A stretch of 64,000 nucleotides of DNA from Candidatus Magasanikbacteria bacterium CG10_big_fil_rev_8_21_14_0_10_47_10 (GCA_002773135.1 PFCB01000022.1:7591-71590); one strand, 5' to 3'. Counted from the first letter of the stretch, positions 39,948 to 50,434 are shown. Program-made: numbers and translations. Notes: generated from the letters alone by a model not told the origin.

Positions 39948-41500
39948 AGGACTTCTCCTCCAAAAGCAGCGGCAAGATGGGTGATCTCATTGATGCGCTC
40001 AACCTCCCGCTCCGACTTTTCAACAACAAAATCAAGCTCAATACCAGGGGTGCCCAAGGAGTCGGAAAAGCTTTCCTGTAGTTGTTTTTTACACCTTTTG
40101 TCAGCAAGGCGGTCTCTGTGAAATTCAGACAACACGGCGACGGTAATACTCGTATTATTCACCTGCTCCACTCGGCAACTTTTGAGGATATAGACAAGTG
40201 AGGGTGATTCCTTTTCAATGGCTAGAATTGCGGCATCAAATGCTTTGCGGACATCCGCCTCCGAGAAGGAAGAGATAGAATGCCCGGTATTTTTTTGATC
40301 GAGAATGGTTGGGTGTGGTGATGAGGCTTTTGCTCCAGTTGGTCGCGGCTCAACGGCCTCTATCGGCGGTTTGCGGTGAAGCATTTCTTCGCCCTGATTT
40401 TCTTTTTCATTGCGTGCTTCTTGGGAGTCACACCACTCTATGACTAACAATTCAAGCGGTAGCTGGGCGAGGGGAGCGGTGCCCACCTGTCCACGGCGGG
40501 AGCTTAACATATCCGCAAGGCGCACAAGTTCTATTGGAGAAACAGATCCTTGCGTAGACTCGATCCAATCAATAGTACGCGGGTCATGTTCCGACGATAT
40601 ATTTTTTTGGTAGGCGTATATCAAGAGCGTCCGCAGCATAGTAATAGCCTCATCACAAAAAATTGCGATATCTATACCCTCTGTGCTTACGCGCTGTATC
40701 AACGATAGGCATGCTGCCGCATTTTTTTGAAACAGAGACTGCAACAGGGCGGTTACCTCCTCGGACGTGGATGGCGGAAGAACCATTGAAACGCTTTCGT
40801 CGGTTACCGCGCCGCCGGCCGCGGCAATCAGTTGCTCAAGAAGACTCACTGCATCGCGAACACACCCCTCACTCTTGCCGGCAACTCGCTTTAATACGGA
40901 ATCATCAACCGCCACATTTTCCGCCTTGGCAATGCCCCGCAGCGTATCTATAATTGTGGCCTCACTGACACGACTAAATGCAAAGCGTTGGCAGCGAGAT
41001 TGTATGGTTTGAGGAAGCTTATGCAATTCTGTTGTGGCCAATATAAATAGTACATGACCCGGTGGCTCCTCCAATATTTTTAAAAGGGCGTTAAAAGCAC
41101 TGAGCGATAGCATGTGAACCTCGTCAATGATAAACACTTTGTATCTGGAGGTCGCCGGCTTAAATTTTGCGTTATCAATAATGTTTTCACGAACATTATC
41201 AACTCCCGTATGGCTTGCCGCGTCAATCTCAATCACATCAATCGACATGCCTGCGTTTATTTCATTGCAACTGACACAGTTGTTGCATGGGTTAGCCTCA
41301 GTATCATTTTTATTCACGCAGTTAACCGCCTTGGCAAGAACTCTGGCCGTGGTCGTTTTGCCAATACCTCTTGGTCCGGAAAAAAGATACGCGTGTGCCG
41401 GATGTCCACCGATGACTTGATTCTGTATCGTATGGATAATGTGATGTTGACCAATAATGCTATCAAAGGTTTGCGGCCGGTGTGTATGATAGAGTGCCAT
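39944..41500 (-). CDS. dnaX: DNA polymerase III subunit gamma/tau
   Basis: ALYHTHRPQTF, GPRGIGKTT, EIDAASH, IIDEVHMLS, SRCQRF. Confidence 0.96.
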   Translation of the reverse strand: MALYHTHRPQTFDSIIGQHHIIHTIQNQVIGGHPAHAYLFSGPRGIGKTTTARVLAKAVNCVNKNDTEANPCNNCVSCNEINAGMSIDVIEIDAASHTGVDNVRENIIDNAKFKPATSRYKVFIIDEVHMLSLSAFNALLKILEEPPGHVLFILATTELHKLPQTIQSRCQRFAFSRVSEATIIDTLRGIAKAENVAVDDSVLKRVAGKSEGCVRDAVSLLEQLIAAAGGAVTDESVSMVLPPSTSEEVTALLQSLFQKNAAACLSLIQRVSTEGIDIAIFCDEAITMLRTLLIYAYQKNISSEHDPRTIDWIESTQGSVSPIELVRLADMLSSRRGQVGTAPLAQLPLELLVIEWCDSQEARNEKENQGEEMLHRKPPIEAVEPRPTGAKASSPHPTILDQKNTGHSISSFSEADVRKAFDAAILAIEKESPSLVYILKSCRVEQVNNTSITVAVLSEFHRDRLADKRCKKQLQESFSDSLGTPGIELDFVVEKSEREVERINEITHLAAAFGGEVL

Positions 41501-41602
41501 AGTGAGAAGAGAGGCCACTGATTGGCCCGACGAAGTAATGCTGAACAGATGCCTAGTATAGCGCACTGCTGTGCCCCAGTAAACCGTTAGTATGGAGTGG
41601 TA

Positions 41603-41639
41603 TTGCCAACAGTACACATATATGCTATACTGTGGATAA
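41603..41639 (+). promoter_or_regulatory. Promoter of SWIB gene with overlapping DnaA-box-like 9-mer
   Basis: TTGCCA-17-TATACT (41603-41631); TGTGGATAA at 41631-41639. Confidence 0.55.
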
Positions 41640-41675
41640 CTTATTCAAGGCGTATTTAGTCACTAACACATAGCT

Positions 41676-41933
41676 ATGCCAAGGAAACTGAACCCAGCAT
41701 TGGCCAAACCGCTGAAGTTGACTTCTGAGTTGGAAGCCGTCGTAGGCAATGGACCATTACCACGTTCTGAAGTCATCAAAAAGATTTGGGAGTATATTAA
41801 GAAAAATGACTTACAGAATCCGGAGAATAAACGAAACATCCTTGCAGATGATAAGCTCCTTCCGTTGTTTGATGGAAAGAAGGAAGTAAGTATGTTTGAA
41901 ATGACAAAACTCATTTCAAAGCACATGAGTTAA
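41676..41933 (+). CDS. Stand-alone SWIB/MDM2 domain protein
   Basis: PRSEVIKKIWEYIKKNDLQNPENKRNILADDKL, VSMFEMTKLISKH. Confidence 0.92.
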   Translation: MPRKLNPALAKPLKLTSELEAVVGNGPLPRSEVIKKIWEYIKKNDLQNPENKRNILADDKLLPLFDGKKEVSMFEMTKLISKHMS

Positions 41934-41946
41934 TTGACGGATAGAT

Positions 41947-41972
41947 AAAAATCCCGCGACGCGGGATTTTTT
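41947..41972. terminator. Bidirectional terminator
   Basis: AAAAATCCCGCG-AC-GCGGGATTTTT. Confidence 0.8.
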
Positions 41973-42624
41973 ATTTCTTGATTAAATGTTCTATTGCCGC
42001 CCACTCACTCTCTCCGTCATCCGGGATAACGCAGGTCAGCGCATCGCCAATTTCACCCCGATGAAATGTGATGGCCGCCGTCAAAATCTTGTATTGCCTG
42101 CCATCCACAACGGCATTCCACTGTTTGTTCGGCGCGTCGTACAAAAGTGAACCGCCGACGTGTCGCCGCACAATCGGACCGATTTGTTTATATATCAGCC
42201 TTCCGTTTTCATCAATGGTCAGCTTTAACAGATCTCCTTCAACCAACTTTGACTTGCTGGCATAATTTGGCGACAGGGGATATTCATTGCCATCCTGGGC
42301 CACCATGCTGTATCCGCTGAAGACGCCCTCCAATGTGGTGCCCGCAGAAGATGGGACATGTCGCGGTACAGCGAAATCCGTCTCCAACAACGCAGTATTA
42401 TCTCCATCAAGCATATTTAAAATCGCTCCGAGCTGGGTTTGTACCAGGAGTATTGCGTCGCGCAGTGCAGGCACATTAATACCTGCTGCTGTCTGCGGTG
42501 GGGGAGATTCCGGCTCAGGCAAAACAACGGTCGGTTCTATCTCTGCCGCCACCTCACGCCCCGCTCCCTTGACAAAGAATGCCTTGGTGTCCAACTCACC
42601 GAGCAAATCTGATAAATGATTCAT
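41971..42624 (-). CDS. Conserved hypothetical protein (CPR-type)
   Basis: EGVFSGYSMV...NYASKSKLVEGDLLKLTI...YKQIGP motif; start MNHLSD. Confidence 0.7.
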   Translation of the reverse strand: MNHLSDLLGELDTKAFFVKGAGREVAAEIEPTVVLPEPESPPPQTAAGINVPALRDAILLVQTQLGAILNMLDGDNTALLETDFAVPRHVPSSAGTTLEGVFSGYSMVAQDGNEYPLSPNYASKSKLVEGDLLKLTIDENGRLIYKQIGPIVRRHVGGSLLYDAPNKQWNAVVDGRQYKILTAAITFHRGEIGDALTCVIPDDGESEWAAIEHLIKK

Positions 42625-42625
42625 A

Positions 42626-45202
42626 CTAGAGTGTCGGTTGTGCGGGATCGGTTTTTCCGGACATTTCCGGCTGATCCAGCTTTGTGCGCTCCATAATTTC
42701 CGATTCCACAATGCGTCTGTCACGACCATACTTCAGTCGAGATAGCTGCTTCATCGCGGCCGCCAACTGTGGATTTCCCTTTTGCGGTGGATACGCGTGC
42801 ATTAAAAAGGGTTTGCTGGCCTGATTATCGATCAGTTCTTTTACATAGAATGAGTACTGCGGTGTATTGAGCAGGTCATACGAACCAAACACGGGCGCAA
42901 ATTCCTTGGCCAATATCTCAGAATCATCAGGGCCTATTCTGCCAACCATCATTGTTCCCACGTTGCCCAAGACCGCGTCACGAATGTCCGATCTTCCTTT
43001 GTCATCGGTAAGCTGCCCCATATATTGGTGCGCAACAATCAGATCCAGTCTATATTTTCGTGCCTCTGACAAAATAGTTGATATCGAATCGGTTACAAAG
43101 TTTTGGAACTCATCGATATACAGATAAAAATCTTTTCGCAATTCCTCTGCCATATCCGCGCGACCCATGGCCGCCATTTGCAGTTTGGCCACGACAATGA
43201 GGCCCAGGAGCTTTGCATTTATCTCGCCCGTTTTCCCTTTTGAAAGGTTCACCAGCAGTATCTTTTGATTATCCATTACATCGCGGAAGTCAAACCCCGA
43301 ATGCTGCTGCCCCATGATGTTGCGCATCATTTCATTCCCCACAAAACGTCCAACCTTGGAGACCAAATAGCCCAACATTTCTGACTTGTGAAAGTCGCTT
43401 GTTTTTGCCATTTCCTTTTCCCAAAAGGCACGAACAACCGGGTCTTTCAAATGCACCAGATATTGTTTGACATAATCATCATCCGTAAACATGCGAGGAA
43501 TATCAATGACCGTGCCGGGGTTACTGATATCGGCCATCAATGTGAGCATTACGTTCCGCATTTGGTGCTCAAACATTGGTCCAATCATCTCGGGTGGAAA
43601 CAGCTTATAAAAAATTGAAATCATTTCTTGAACTGCAAAATCGCGCTGCTCCTCGGTTTTCGGTTCAAGCATGTTCAGACCGACCGGCCGTTCAAGATCC
43701 GATGGCTCAAATATGATGACGTCGTCCGCGCGATGTTTGGGAATGTGCTCCAGGACGGCTTCAACCAAGTCACCATGCGGGTCAACCACGCAGACGCCGT
43801 GGCCGGTCAGTATATCTTGTATAGCCAAATTCGCGACCGTAACAGATTTACCACTGCCGGATTTTCCTATGATATACAGGTGACGCTGGCGGTCGTGAGT
43901 CTGCAATCGGACATCAACGCGACTTCCCCGGTACTCAACATACCCCAGCTGCAGTCCTTCTTTTGGTAGATTGACCGGTGGGGGAGCGCTGCGGCCCTTC
44001 AACCACGCGATATTCGGTGCCTCTGTTGAGTGCAAGGGCAAATGCCATAACGATGACATCTCCTCCGTGTTGACCAACACCTGTCGGCGCTCATTGAATG
44101 ACCTGTAAATAAAATCCTGAATGAGCGGGGTCTGCGTACGAGGAATCACGGCCTTAAAACTGTTGCCAAATCGATACAGATTATACTGACTGAAAGAATT
44201 TATGACATTATCCAAATTCATGCGGGCGCGATCCGCGTTGTCTGACACGCTCAAGACGCGTATGGTCGCGTCCATGCCTCCCTTGGAAATTTTTTCTTCA
44301 ATTCCTTTCAGCATCTGCTCCTCCATTTCAGACAGGCGGTACTGCTCTGGCGTTGATTGGCTTTGATTACCCGTTTGCAGCGCCTCGGCGGTTGCTTTAC
44401 CCGTTGAACGCAGCGCTCGGGATAAAAGGGATTTGCCTGCGACCTCTTCAAATTTTTTTCCTTTTTTAACTTCTCTGACGATACGAATTCCGGCCGCGCG
44501 CCATTTTTTGTGCGCGCTACGAACAACAAATTGTATTGCCGCCGTGCTGTTTTCATCATGAATTTTTGACAGCGTGATGAGAACGGCCGAGAGCGGATCC
44601 GAATCCATTGATTTATATGTGCGCAGTGGGAAAACAGACTGGTTGGTCGCGACCAAGTATCCACCAACAATAGTGCTGTGCTCAAAAAATATATTGTAGT
44701 CCATTATTTCCTCAACCTGCGCGTCCGGATACTGGGCATGTACCTGTTGTTCAATGAATTGCTTCATCTGACGTGGAAGGTCAACATAAAAATGAATCTG
44801 ACCACCATGAACAACAATTTCAAATGAAAAAGAATCGTTTCTGCCGGTGAGCCAGTACTTGAGCCCCTTTTGCGCTTTAAGCCCGGCAATCGTGGAAAAC
44901 AATGTTTCAGTCAGACCAATCTCCTCGCGTATTTGCTCGAGGCGATCTTCGCCACCCACCTGACCGCCCTGCCCTTCTGATTTTCTTTCCTTCGGAACCA
45001 ATATATGGAGTACGACACGACGAAATGCCTTGTTTGAACGGTTCTGGCCTTGATATACCGTGCGGATAATAAAAAGAATACCCGCCCCCACACCCAAAAT
45101 AATGATGCCTAAAAAAAGAGGAAAAAAAATGTCAAGAGAAATGTTTGTTTGCGGCCCGAAGTTTTGCGGTTCAGATCCAAGAAAAAATTGCAACATAATC
45201 AC
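42626..45202 (-). CDS. Membrane-anchored VirD4/TraD-like (HerA-FtsK superfamily) ATPase
   Basis: RHLYIIGKSGSGKS, VVDPHGDL, LYIDEFQNF, LSEARKYRL, AHQY. Confidence 0.88.
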   Translation of the reverse strand: MIMLQFFLGSEPQNFGPQTNISLDIFFPLFLGIIILGVGAGILFIIRTVYQGQNRSNKAFRRVVLHILVPKERKSEGQGGQVGGEDRLEQIREEIGLTETLFSTIAGLKAQKGLKYWLTGRNDSFSFEIVVHGGQIHFYVDLPRQMKQFIEQQVHAQYPDAQVEEIMDYNIFFEHSTIVGGYLVATNQSVFPLRTYKSMDSDPLSAVLITLSKIHDENSTAAIQFVVRSAHKKWRAAGIRIVREVKKGKKFEEVAGKSLLSRALRSTGKATAEALQTGNQSQSTPEQYRLSEMEEQMLKGIEEKISKGGMDATIRVLSVSDNADRARMNLDNVINSFSQYNLYRFGNSFKAVIPRTQTPLIQDFIYRSFNERRQVLVNTEEMSSLWHLPLHSTEAPNIAWLKGRSAPPPVNLPKEGLQLGYVEYRGSRVDVRLQTHDRQRHLYIIGKSGSGKSVTVANLAIQDILTGHGVCVVDPHGDLVEAVLEHIPKHRADDVIIFEPSDLERPVGLNMLEPKTEEQRDFAVQEMISIFYKLFPPEMIGPMFEHQMRNVMLTLMADISNPGTVIDIPRMFTDDDYVKQYLVHLKDPVVRAFWEKEMAKTSDFHKSEMLGYLVSKVGRFVGNEMMRNIMGQQHSGFDFRDVMDNQKILLVNLSKGKTGEINAKLLGLIVVAKLQMAAMGRADMAEELRKDFYLYIDEFQNFVTDSISTILSEARKYRLDLIVAHQYMGQLTDDKGRSDIRDAVLGNVGTMMVGRIGPDDSEILAKEFAPVFGSYDLLNTPQYSFYVKELIDNQASKPFLMHAYPPQKGNPQLAAAMKQLSRLKYGRDRRIVESEIMERTKLDQPEMSGKTDPAQPTL

Positions 45203-45714
45203 CCTGTATATTTTTCGTACTCACCCAGCGATACGATTTTATCTGTTTTTATCTTGGCTTCCTGCATCAGGTAAAACCGATTGATTCCGGGCAATTTTTT
45301 TAGCCATCCGACAATGATCTCAAATATTTTTTTTATTTTCACATGTCCGCCTCGAAGCGCCTTCCGTATCTCCATGGCCGCGCGCTCCCCGGCAAGCTTA
45401 AACTCTTGCCGTTCAACCACTGAAAGCTCTGAAAATGCGTCTTGTAAGCCTTCTTCCATAATTTGCTCAACCCGAAGGGTCAACTCGTCTCGGACTTGCG
45501 GTATGGCATTCGGCCTTTGATTCTTCGGCTTGCGCAATCGAGAGCGCAGCGTATCGATATGGCCATCAATGGTTTCCGCCTGGGCGGGGATGGTCTCCCG
45601 GGACGGCTCCAAGAATACCTCTGCAGATTCTTGCCGCGGCAATTGCTCAACAGAAGGTGTCTCCGGAATAAAACGTGAGTGCTCCACGAGCGGAGCGCCC
45701 GGTTGATCAGCCAT
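45199..45714 (-). CDS. Conserved hypothetical protein coupled to the VirD4-like ATPase
   Basis: WLKKLPGINRFYLMQEAKIKTDKI; stop overlaps the ATPase start region. Confidence 0.7.
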   Translation of the reverse strand: MADQPGAPLVEHSRFIPETPSVEQLPRQESAEVFLEPSRETIPAQAETIDGHIDTLRSRLRKPKNQRPNAIPQVRDELTLRVEQIMEEGLQDAFSELSVVERQEFKLAGERAAMEIRKALRGGHVKIKKIFEIIVGWLKKLPGINRFYLMQEAKIKTDKIVSLGEYEKYTG

Positions 45715-45827
45715 AGCAAACAAAATAAAGGTGATGGGAGTATACCAAAAAAAAACAGTTTTGAGAATTGTCGCCCGCGGGTGGACGACAGCGTGCCAGT
45801 ATGGTATTGTAGCCTACAAATCACACT

Positions 45828-47348
45828 ATGAAGAAACCGTACTATATTACGCTTACGATCCCATATGTGAATGCTGTTCCGCATATTGGGTACGCGCTTG
45901 AGGCGATTCAGGGCGACACAATGGCGCGCTATCAACGCCTGCTTGGAAAAAATGTCCATTTTGTTTATGGAACCGATGAAAATTCTTTGAAAAATGTGCA
46001 GGCGGCATTGCGCGCCGGAGAGGACGTCAAGTCATTTGTCGATAGACATGCCGCAGCGTTTGAGCGATTACACGATATATTAAATCTTTCCAATGATTCT
46101 TTTATTCGCACCACTGAAGCGAGGCATATCGCAGGCGCGCAAAAGCTCTGGCAGATGTGTAATCCTGATGACATTTACAAAAAAACGTACAAGGGTCTTT
46201 ACTGTATTGGCTGCGAATCTTTTTATGCGAAAGACGACCTGATCCAAGGACTGTGTCCCGAGCACAATACAGCGCCGGAGGACATAGAGGAGGAGAACTA
46301 TTTTTTTAAACTCTCAAAATATCAGCCACAGCTTGAGCAAATTTTCTTGACGGACACGGTCCGTGTCGTTCCCGAGGGGAGAAAAAATGAAATGATGTCG
46401 TTTATCAAGCGGGGGCTTGAAGATTTCAGCATCTCACGTTCAGTCGAACGTGCTCATGGATGGGGGGTTCCCGTCCCCGGCGATGGGTCGCAAATTATGT
46501 ATGTGTGGTTTGATGCTCTAACTAATTATTTGAGCGTTTTGGACTTTGATACGGACGGAAAGAACTACAGTACGTATTGGCTGCAGCCAAATCAGACACC
46601 CCGTGAAGTTGTGCATGTTTTGGGCAAGGGAGTTTCACGGTTCCATCTTATTTACTGGCTTGGCATGCTGCTTTCTGCAAATATCCCGCTGCCGACAGAG
46701 GAATTTGTTCATGGGTACATCACAGTCAACGGCCAAAAAATGAGTAAGTCCCTTGGAAACGTCCTTGACCCCTCAGCGATTGTTGATCTCTACGGACAAG
46801 AGCCTTTTCGCTACTATATGCTCGCCGGTGTATCTGCCTACCAAGACGGTGATTTCTCTGATGAACGCTTTAAAGAAATATATGCGTCGGATTTGGCGAA
46901 CGGTATTGGTAACTTGACGTCACGCGTTATGACCATGCTTATTAAATATAACAAGGGCGTGGTTCCAAAAGCAGCGTCCAATATTTTTGATATAGAAGGA
47001 TTCTGGAAGCAGTATCGAAAGCAAATGGAGGACTTTGCATTTCACGACGTTATTCATAATATACAAACGTTGGTCACCGCGTGTGACGCAACTATCTCCG
47101 CAGATCGGCCTTGGGAGAAAGCGGAGCAGGGGCTGCATGTGGGTGACACGCTTTATCGCGTTGCCGAGGGATTGCGCCACATCGCGCTCGCGTTGCTGCC
47201 TATCATGCCACATGCATCCGGCGCAATTTTTTCTGTTTTGGGTCTTTCGCCAAAGAATATCAAAACGTTAGACCGCGAGTGTGTATGGGGTCTTCTTTTG
47301 GAAGGAACACCCGTAAAAAAACCTGAGCCTCTTTTTCCAAGACTTTGA
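45828..47348 (+). CDS. metG: Methionine--tRNA ligase (short form)
   Basis: PYVNAVPHIGY, GTDEN, YVWFDAL, KMSKSLGN. Confidence 0.96.
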   Translation: MKKPYYITLTIPYVNAVPHIGYALEAIQGDTMARYQRLLGKNVHFVYGTDENSLKNVQAALRAGEDVKSFVDRHAAAFERLHDILNLSNDSFIRTTEARHIAGAQKLWQMCNPDDIYKKTYKGLYCIGCESFYAKDDLIQGLCPEHNTAPEDIEEENYFFKLSKYQPQLEQIFLTDTVRVVPEGRKNEMMSFIKRGLEDFSISRSVERAHGWGVPVPGDGSQIMYVWFDALTNYLSVLDFDTDGKNYSTYWLQPNQTPREVVHVLGKGVSRFHLIYWLGMLLSANIPLPTEEFVHGYITVNGQKMSKSLGNVLDPSAIVDLYGQEPFRYYMLAGVSAYQDGDFSDERFKEIYASDLANGIGNLTSRVMTMLIKYNKGVVPKAASNIFDIEGFWKQYRKQMEDFAFHDVIHNIQTLVTACDATISADRPWEKAEQGLHVGDTLYRVAEGLRHIALALLPIMPHASGAIFSVLGLSPKNIKTLDRECVWGLLLEGTPVKKPEPLFPRL

Positions 47349-47351
47349 TAT

Positions 47352-48224
47352 ATGCTTTTTGACACGCACTGCCATATTCAATTCAACGCATATAAGGACG
47401 ATAGGGATAGCGTCATCGCGCGATGCACGGAAAAAGGAGTTATCATGAACGTGGTCGGGACGCAAATACCCTCCAGTATCAGTGCTGTCGATTTGGCAAA
47501 TACGCATGATGGCATATACGCAAGTGTCGGCATCCACCCTATTCAGCATGATGTTGTTGATGTAGAGGAGGAGGCGGATTCGTTTCAAACGCGAGGTGAG
47601 CAATGGGATGATGAATTGTTTTATACGCTCGCGCGCGAGCCAAAAGTTATCGGCATTGGGGAGACAGGATTAGATCGATTTCATATACGAACGGATCTTT
47701 CGATTGAAGAGATATTTAATAAGCAGAAAGATCTCTTTTTAAAGCATTATGACCTTGCACGGTCTGTGGATAAACCATTGATCATACATGTCCGGGAGGC
47801 GCATGATGAAATGATTGATCTGCTCGTAGCCCTTGAGAGAAAGCAGAAAGATGAGGGAACCACCGGCGGAAAATTACGGGGTACGATTCATTGTTTTACC
47901 GGCACATGGAGTCATGCGCAAAAATATATAGAGCTTGGGCTTCACCTTGGCTTTACCGGCGTGATTACATTTCCGACTAAAGCCTCTGACCCAAATACCA
48001 TGAATGTTCTGGAAGAAACCATATTCAATATGCCGCTCGACAGGGTGTTGGTCGAGACAGATTCGCCATACCTCACTGCGCAGATTCTTCGGGGGACTCG
48101 AAACGAACCATGGTTGGTAGAGGAATGTGTCAAAAAAATTGCAGCTATTAGGGGGCTTACGTATGATGAAGTTGCGGAAGTGACAACATATAACGCAAAG
48201 CGGCTCTTTGGATTAGCGATCTAG
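47352..48224 (+). CDS. tatD: TatD family DNase
   Basis: DTHCH, IGETGLD, HCFTG, ETDSPYL, RNEP. Confidence 0.93.
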   Translation: MLFDTHCHIQFNAYKDDRDSVIARCTEKGVIMNVVGTQIPSSISAVDLANTHDGIYASVGIHPIQHDVVDVEEEADSFQTRGEQWDDELFYTLAREPKVIGIGETGLDRFHIRTDLSIEEIFNKQKDLFLKHYDLARSVDKPLIIHVREAHDEMIDLLVALERKQKDEGTTGGKLRGTIHCFTGTWSHAQKYIELGLHLGFTGVITFPTKASDPNTMNVLEETIFNMPLDRVLVETDSPYLTAQILRGTRNEPWLVEECVKKIAAIRGLTYDEVAEVTTYNAKRLFGLAI

Positions 48225-48296
48225 CTGACTCTTGTTGGTCTGATGAGGTACCAAAATAAAAAAACACACAGATGTGTGAATTGCCCGCCGAAGCTG

Positions 48297-48620
48297 TTAC
48301 GCTCCGGCGGACGAGGGGTGGGGGATTGGCGGGATGGTGGACACTTGGGATGCCAAATGGTCCGGTGGCTCAGGGAGCATGCTGTTCAGGCATTGCCTCA
48401 CCTCGCGACGGATGGCAACCCATCCGTTGATCACCACGATCAGCCGGGCTCTCTGTAAGCAGTCGATCACATAGATCAACCGCTTCTTCCCCAGATGTTT
48501 TGGGGCATCCGCCATCATACTGTCGAATGCCTGGTTGCCCTCCTTGTGCAGGCTGTAGAGAACCTGCAGGTGAACTCTGTGAAGAAGCGCCGCCCGCGTC
48601 CAAAATTCCTGCTCCGTCAT
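48297..48620 (-). CDS. GC-rich orphan protein, possible winged-helix fold (107 aa)
   Basis: AGGAGG SD; TTGACA-17-TATAGT promoter (48674-48646); LQVLYSL...LIYVIDCLQRARLIVVINGWVAI. Confidence 0.65.
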   Translation of the reverse strand: MTEQEFWTRAALLHRVHLQVLYSLHKEGNQAFDSMMADAPKHLGKKRLIYVIDCLQRARLIVVINGWVAIRREVRQCLNSMLPEPPDHLASQVSTIPPIPHPSSAGA

Positions 48621-48689
48621 TGATACCTCCTGTTGTCGAATAAAAACTATATACCGATTTAGACGATTTGTCAATTATACGAGATCCCT

Positions 48690-49217
48690 ATGAAAAAAAT
48701 GTATTTGCTCGGTCTTATTCTACTCATGGGGCAGGGATGCATCAGGCTCGGTCAAACTTCAGAGCCTATTTTGCCGCCTTTAGACGGAAATCCACAGCAG
48801 GAAACACCGAACGATCAACAAAATCGCGATGTGATCCATATGCCTGCGGTTGATAAAAAAGATGATGTCAACGTACAGGTTGACATTGAAAATGCTAACC
48901 AGATACAGGCTGCTGATGATATTCCGGTCGTTCCTGCCACTCGCCCTGCGGTTGTACAACCTACACCAGCTCCCAAACCTGCTCTCCCCGCACAGGTATG
49001 TACAGACAATGACCAAGACGGGTTCTTTGCTGAGGGCGGCAACTGCGGACCAAAGGATTGTGATGATATTTATTCAAACTCGTATCCGGGTACATTTGAA
49101 ATTTGTCTTGATGGCTCTGATAACGATTGCGATGGCAAGGTGGACGAAGAGGATGATTGCAAAATGAGGAAAATTTGCATTGGCGAGGGATGTCAACGTA
49201 CCATTTATTTTGAGTAA
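48690..49217 (+). CDS. Putative lipoprotein with Cys/Asp-rich metal-binding (MopE-like) motif
   Basis: LLMGQGC signal; DCDDIYSNSYPGTFEICLDGSDNDCDGKVDE. Confidence 0.75.
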   Translation: MKKMYLLGLILLMGQGCIRLGQTSEPILPPLDGNPQQETPNDQQNRDVIHMPAVDKKDDVNVQVDIENANQIQAADDIPVVPATRPAVVQPTPAPKPALPAQVCTDNDQDGFFAEGGNCGPKDCDDIYSNSYPGTFEICLDGSDNDCDGKVDEEDDCKMRKICIGEGCQRTIYFE

Positions 49218-49257
49218 CACCGGACGCCCTGCGTCGTATGTCCTATTAAAAAAACCA

Positions 49258-49286
49258 TTGACTTATTCGTATGCATTCTCTATACT
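49258..49286 (+). promoter_or_regulatory. Promoter of atp operon
   Basis: TTGACT-17-TATACT. Confidence 0.75.
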
Positions 49287-49309
49287 ATGCCCGTTTTAGA
49301 TTGACCGAT

Positions 49310-49645
49310 ATGATCAAAGATGATTTGGAGCATATACGCAAAAAAAAAGAGCAACTTGGACATACGTCCTTCATCATGGCGCTCCAATTAATTTTTGTTT
49401 TTGGCCTTCCCGCGGTGGCGGCACTGTTGCTGGGAAAGTGGCTCAATGATTCGACCAGCATTGCCCCGTATGGTACCCTCCTGACCGGTGGACTTGCGTT
49501 TGCTCTCTCTTGGGCAATTGTGATACGGATGTACCAAAGACTGACGAGGTCTTTCAAAGAATTGCAGGAGCAAGAACAAGATATTTTATCATCTCCAGAA
49601 GAGCTGGCGCTCGACAAAGAGCACAGTGAAGATCATCGCCCGTAA
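49310..49645 (+). CDS. AtpZ/AtpI-like membrane protein
   Basis: Two TMs with LLGKWLND; first gene of the atp operon. Confidence 0.7.
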   Translation: MIKDDLEHIRKKKEQLGHTSFIMALQLIFVFGLPAVAALLLGKWLNDSTSIAPYGTLLTGGLAFALSWAIVIRMYQRLTRSFKELQEQEQDILSSPEELALDKEHSEDHRP

Positions 49646-49648
49646 TAT

Positions 49649-50434
49649 ATGTTTTTTCAAGTGGCAAGCGAACAAGCAAGCATTCAGCCGGAAACCATTT
49701 TTTTAGTGCGAAGTTGGCCAGTCACCAATGCAATGCTCATGGGGCTGCTTGTGACGGCTATTATTTTTATTGTCTCCATTATCATTACCTATCGCTCAAA
49801 AATTCTTCCCTCGAAATTTCAAACTGTGATTGAAATTATGGTGGAGGGTTTTTTTCATCTTGTGACGCAGATCACAGGAAGCGATGGCACGGGAAGAAAG
49901 TTGCTACCACTCATAGGTGCCATTTTTGTTTTTTTCGGCATGTCCAACTTGATCGGGCTTGTTCCGGGATTGACGTCGCTGACATTCGACGGCGTTTCGT
50001 TCCTGAGAACACCAACGAACGACTTTAATATGACCTTTAGCATTGCCCTTTCAATGGTTCTTTTGACTCAGATTGCCAGTATTCGCCATTTCGGCGTCTT
50101 TGGTCATCTGGGCAAGTACTTTAAGCTAAAGGAGCTCATTGCCGGTTTTAGGCAAGGGATTGGCGCGGGCGCTATAGCGTTCATTGAATTTTTGATAGGA
50201 CTCCTCGATATTGTGTCCGAGGTGGCAAAGGTTATTTCGCTTTCACTCCGTTTGTTTGGAAATATGTATGCCGGTGAGGTATTGGCCGCAATTTTGCTTG
50301 GTGCGTTTGCGCTTGCCATACCCTCTGTTTGGCTTGTAATGAACTTGCTTGTGGCCGTGATCCAAGCACTGGTGTTCGGAGCCCTCACAGCAGCATATTT
50401 TCAGCTGGCGGTAGCGGACAGTGAAACACAATAA
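49649..50434 (+). CDS. atpB: ATP synthase F0 subunit a
   Basis: RTPTND, SLSLRLFGNMYAGE, IQALVF. Confidence 0.96.
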   Translation: MFFQVASEQASIQPETIFLVRSWPVTNAMLMGLLVTAIIFIVSIIITYRSKILPSKFQTVIEIMVEGFFHLVTQITGSDGTGRKLLPLIGAIFVFFGMSNLIGLVPGLTSLTFDGVSFLRTPTNDFNMTFSIALSMVLLTQIASIRHFGVFGHLGKYFKLKELIAGFRQGIGAGAIAFIEFLIGLLDIVSEVAKVISLSLRLFGNMYAGEVLAAILLGAFALAIPSVWLVMNLLVAVIQALVFGALTAAYFQLAVADSETQ

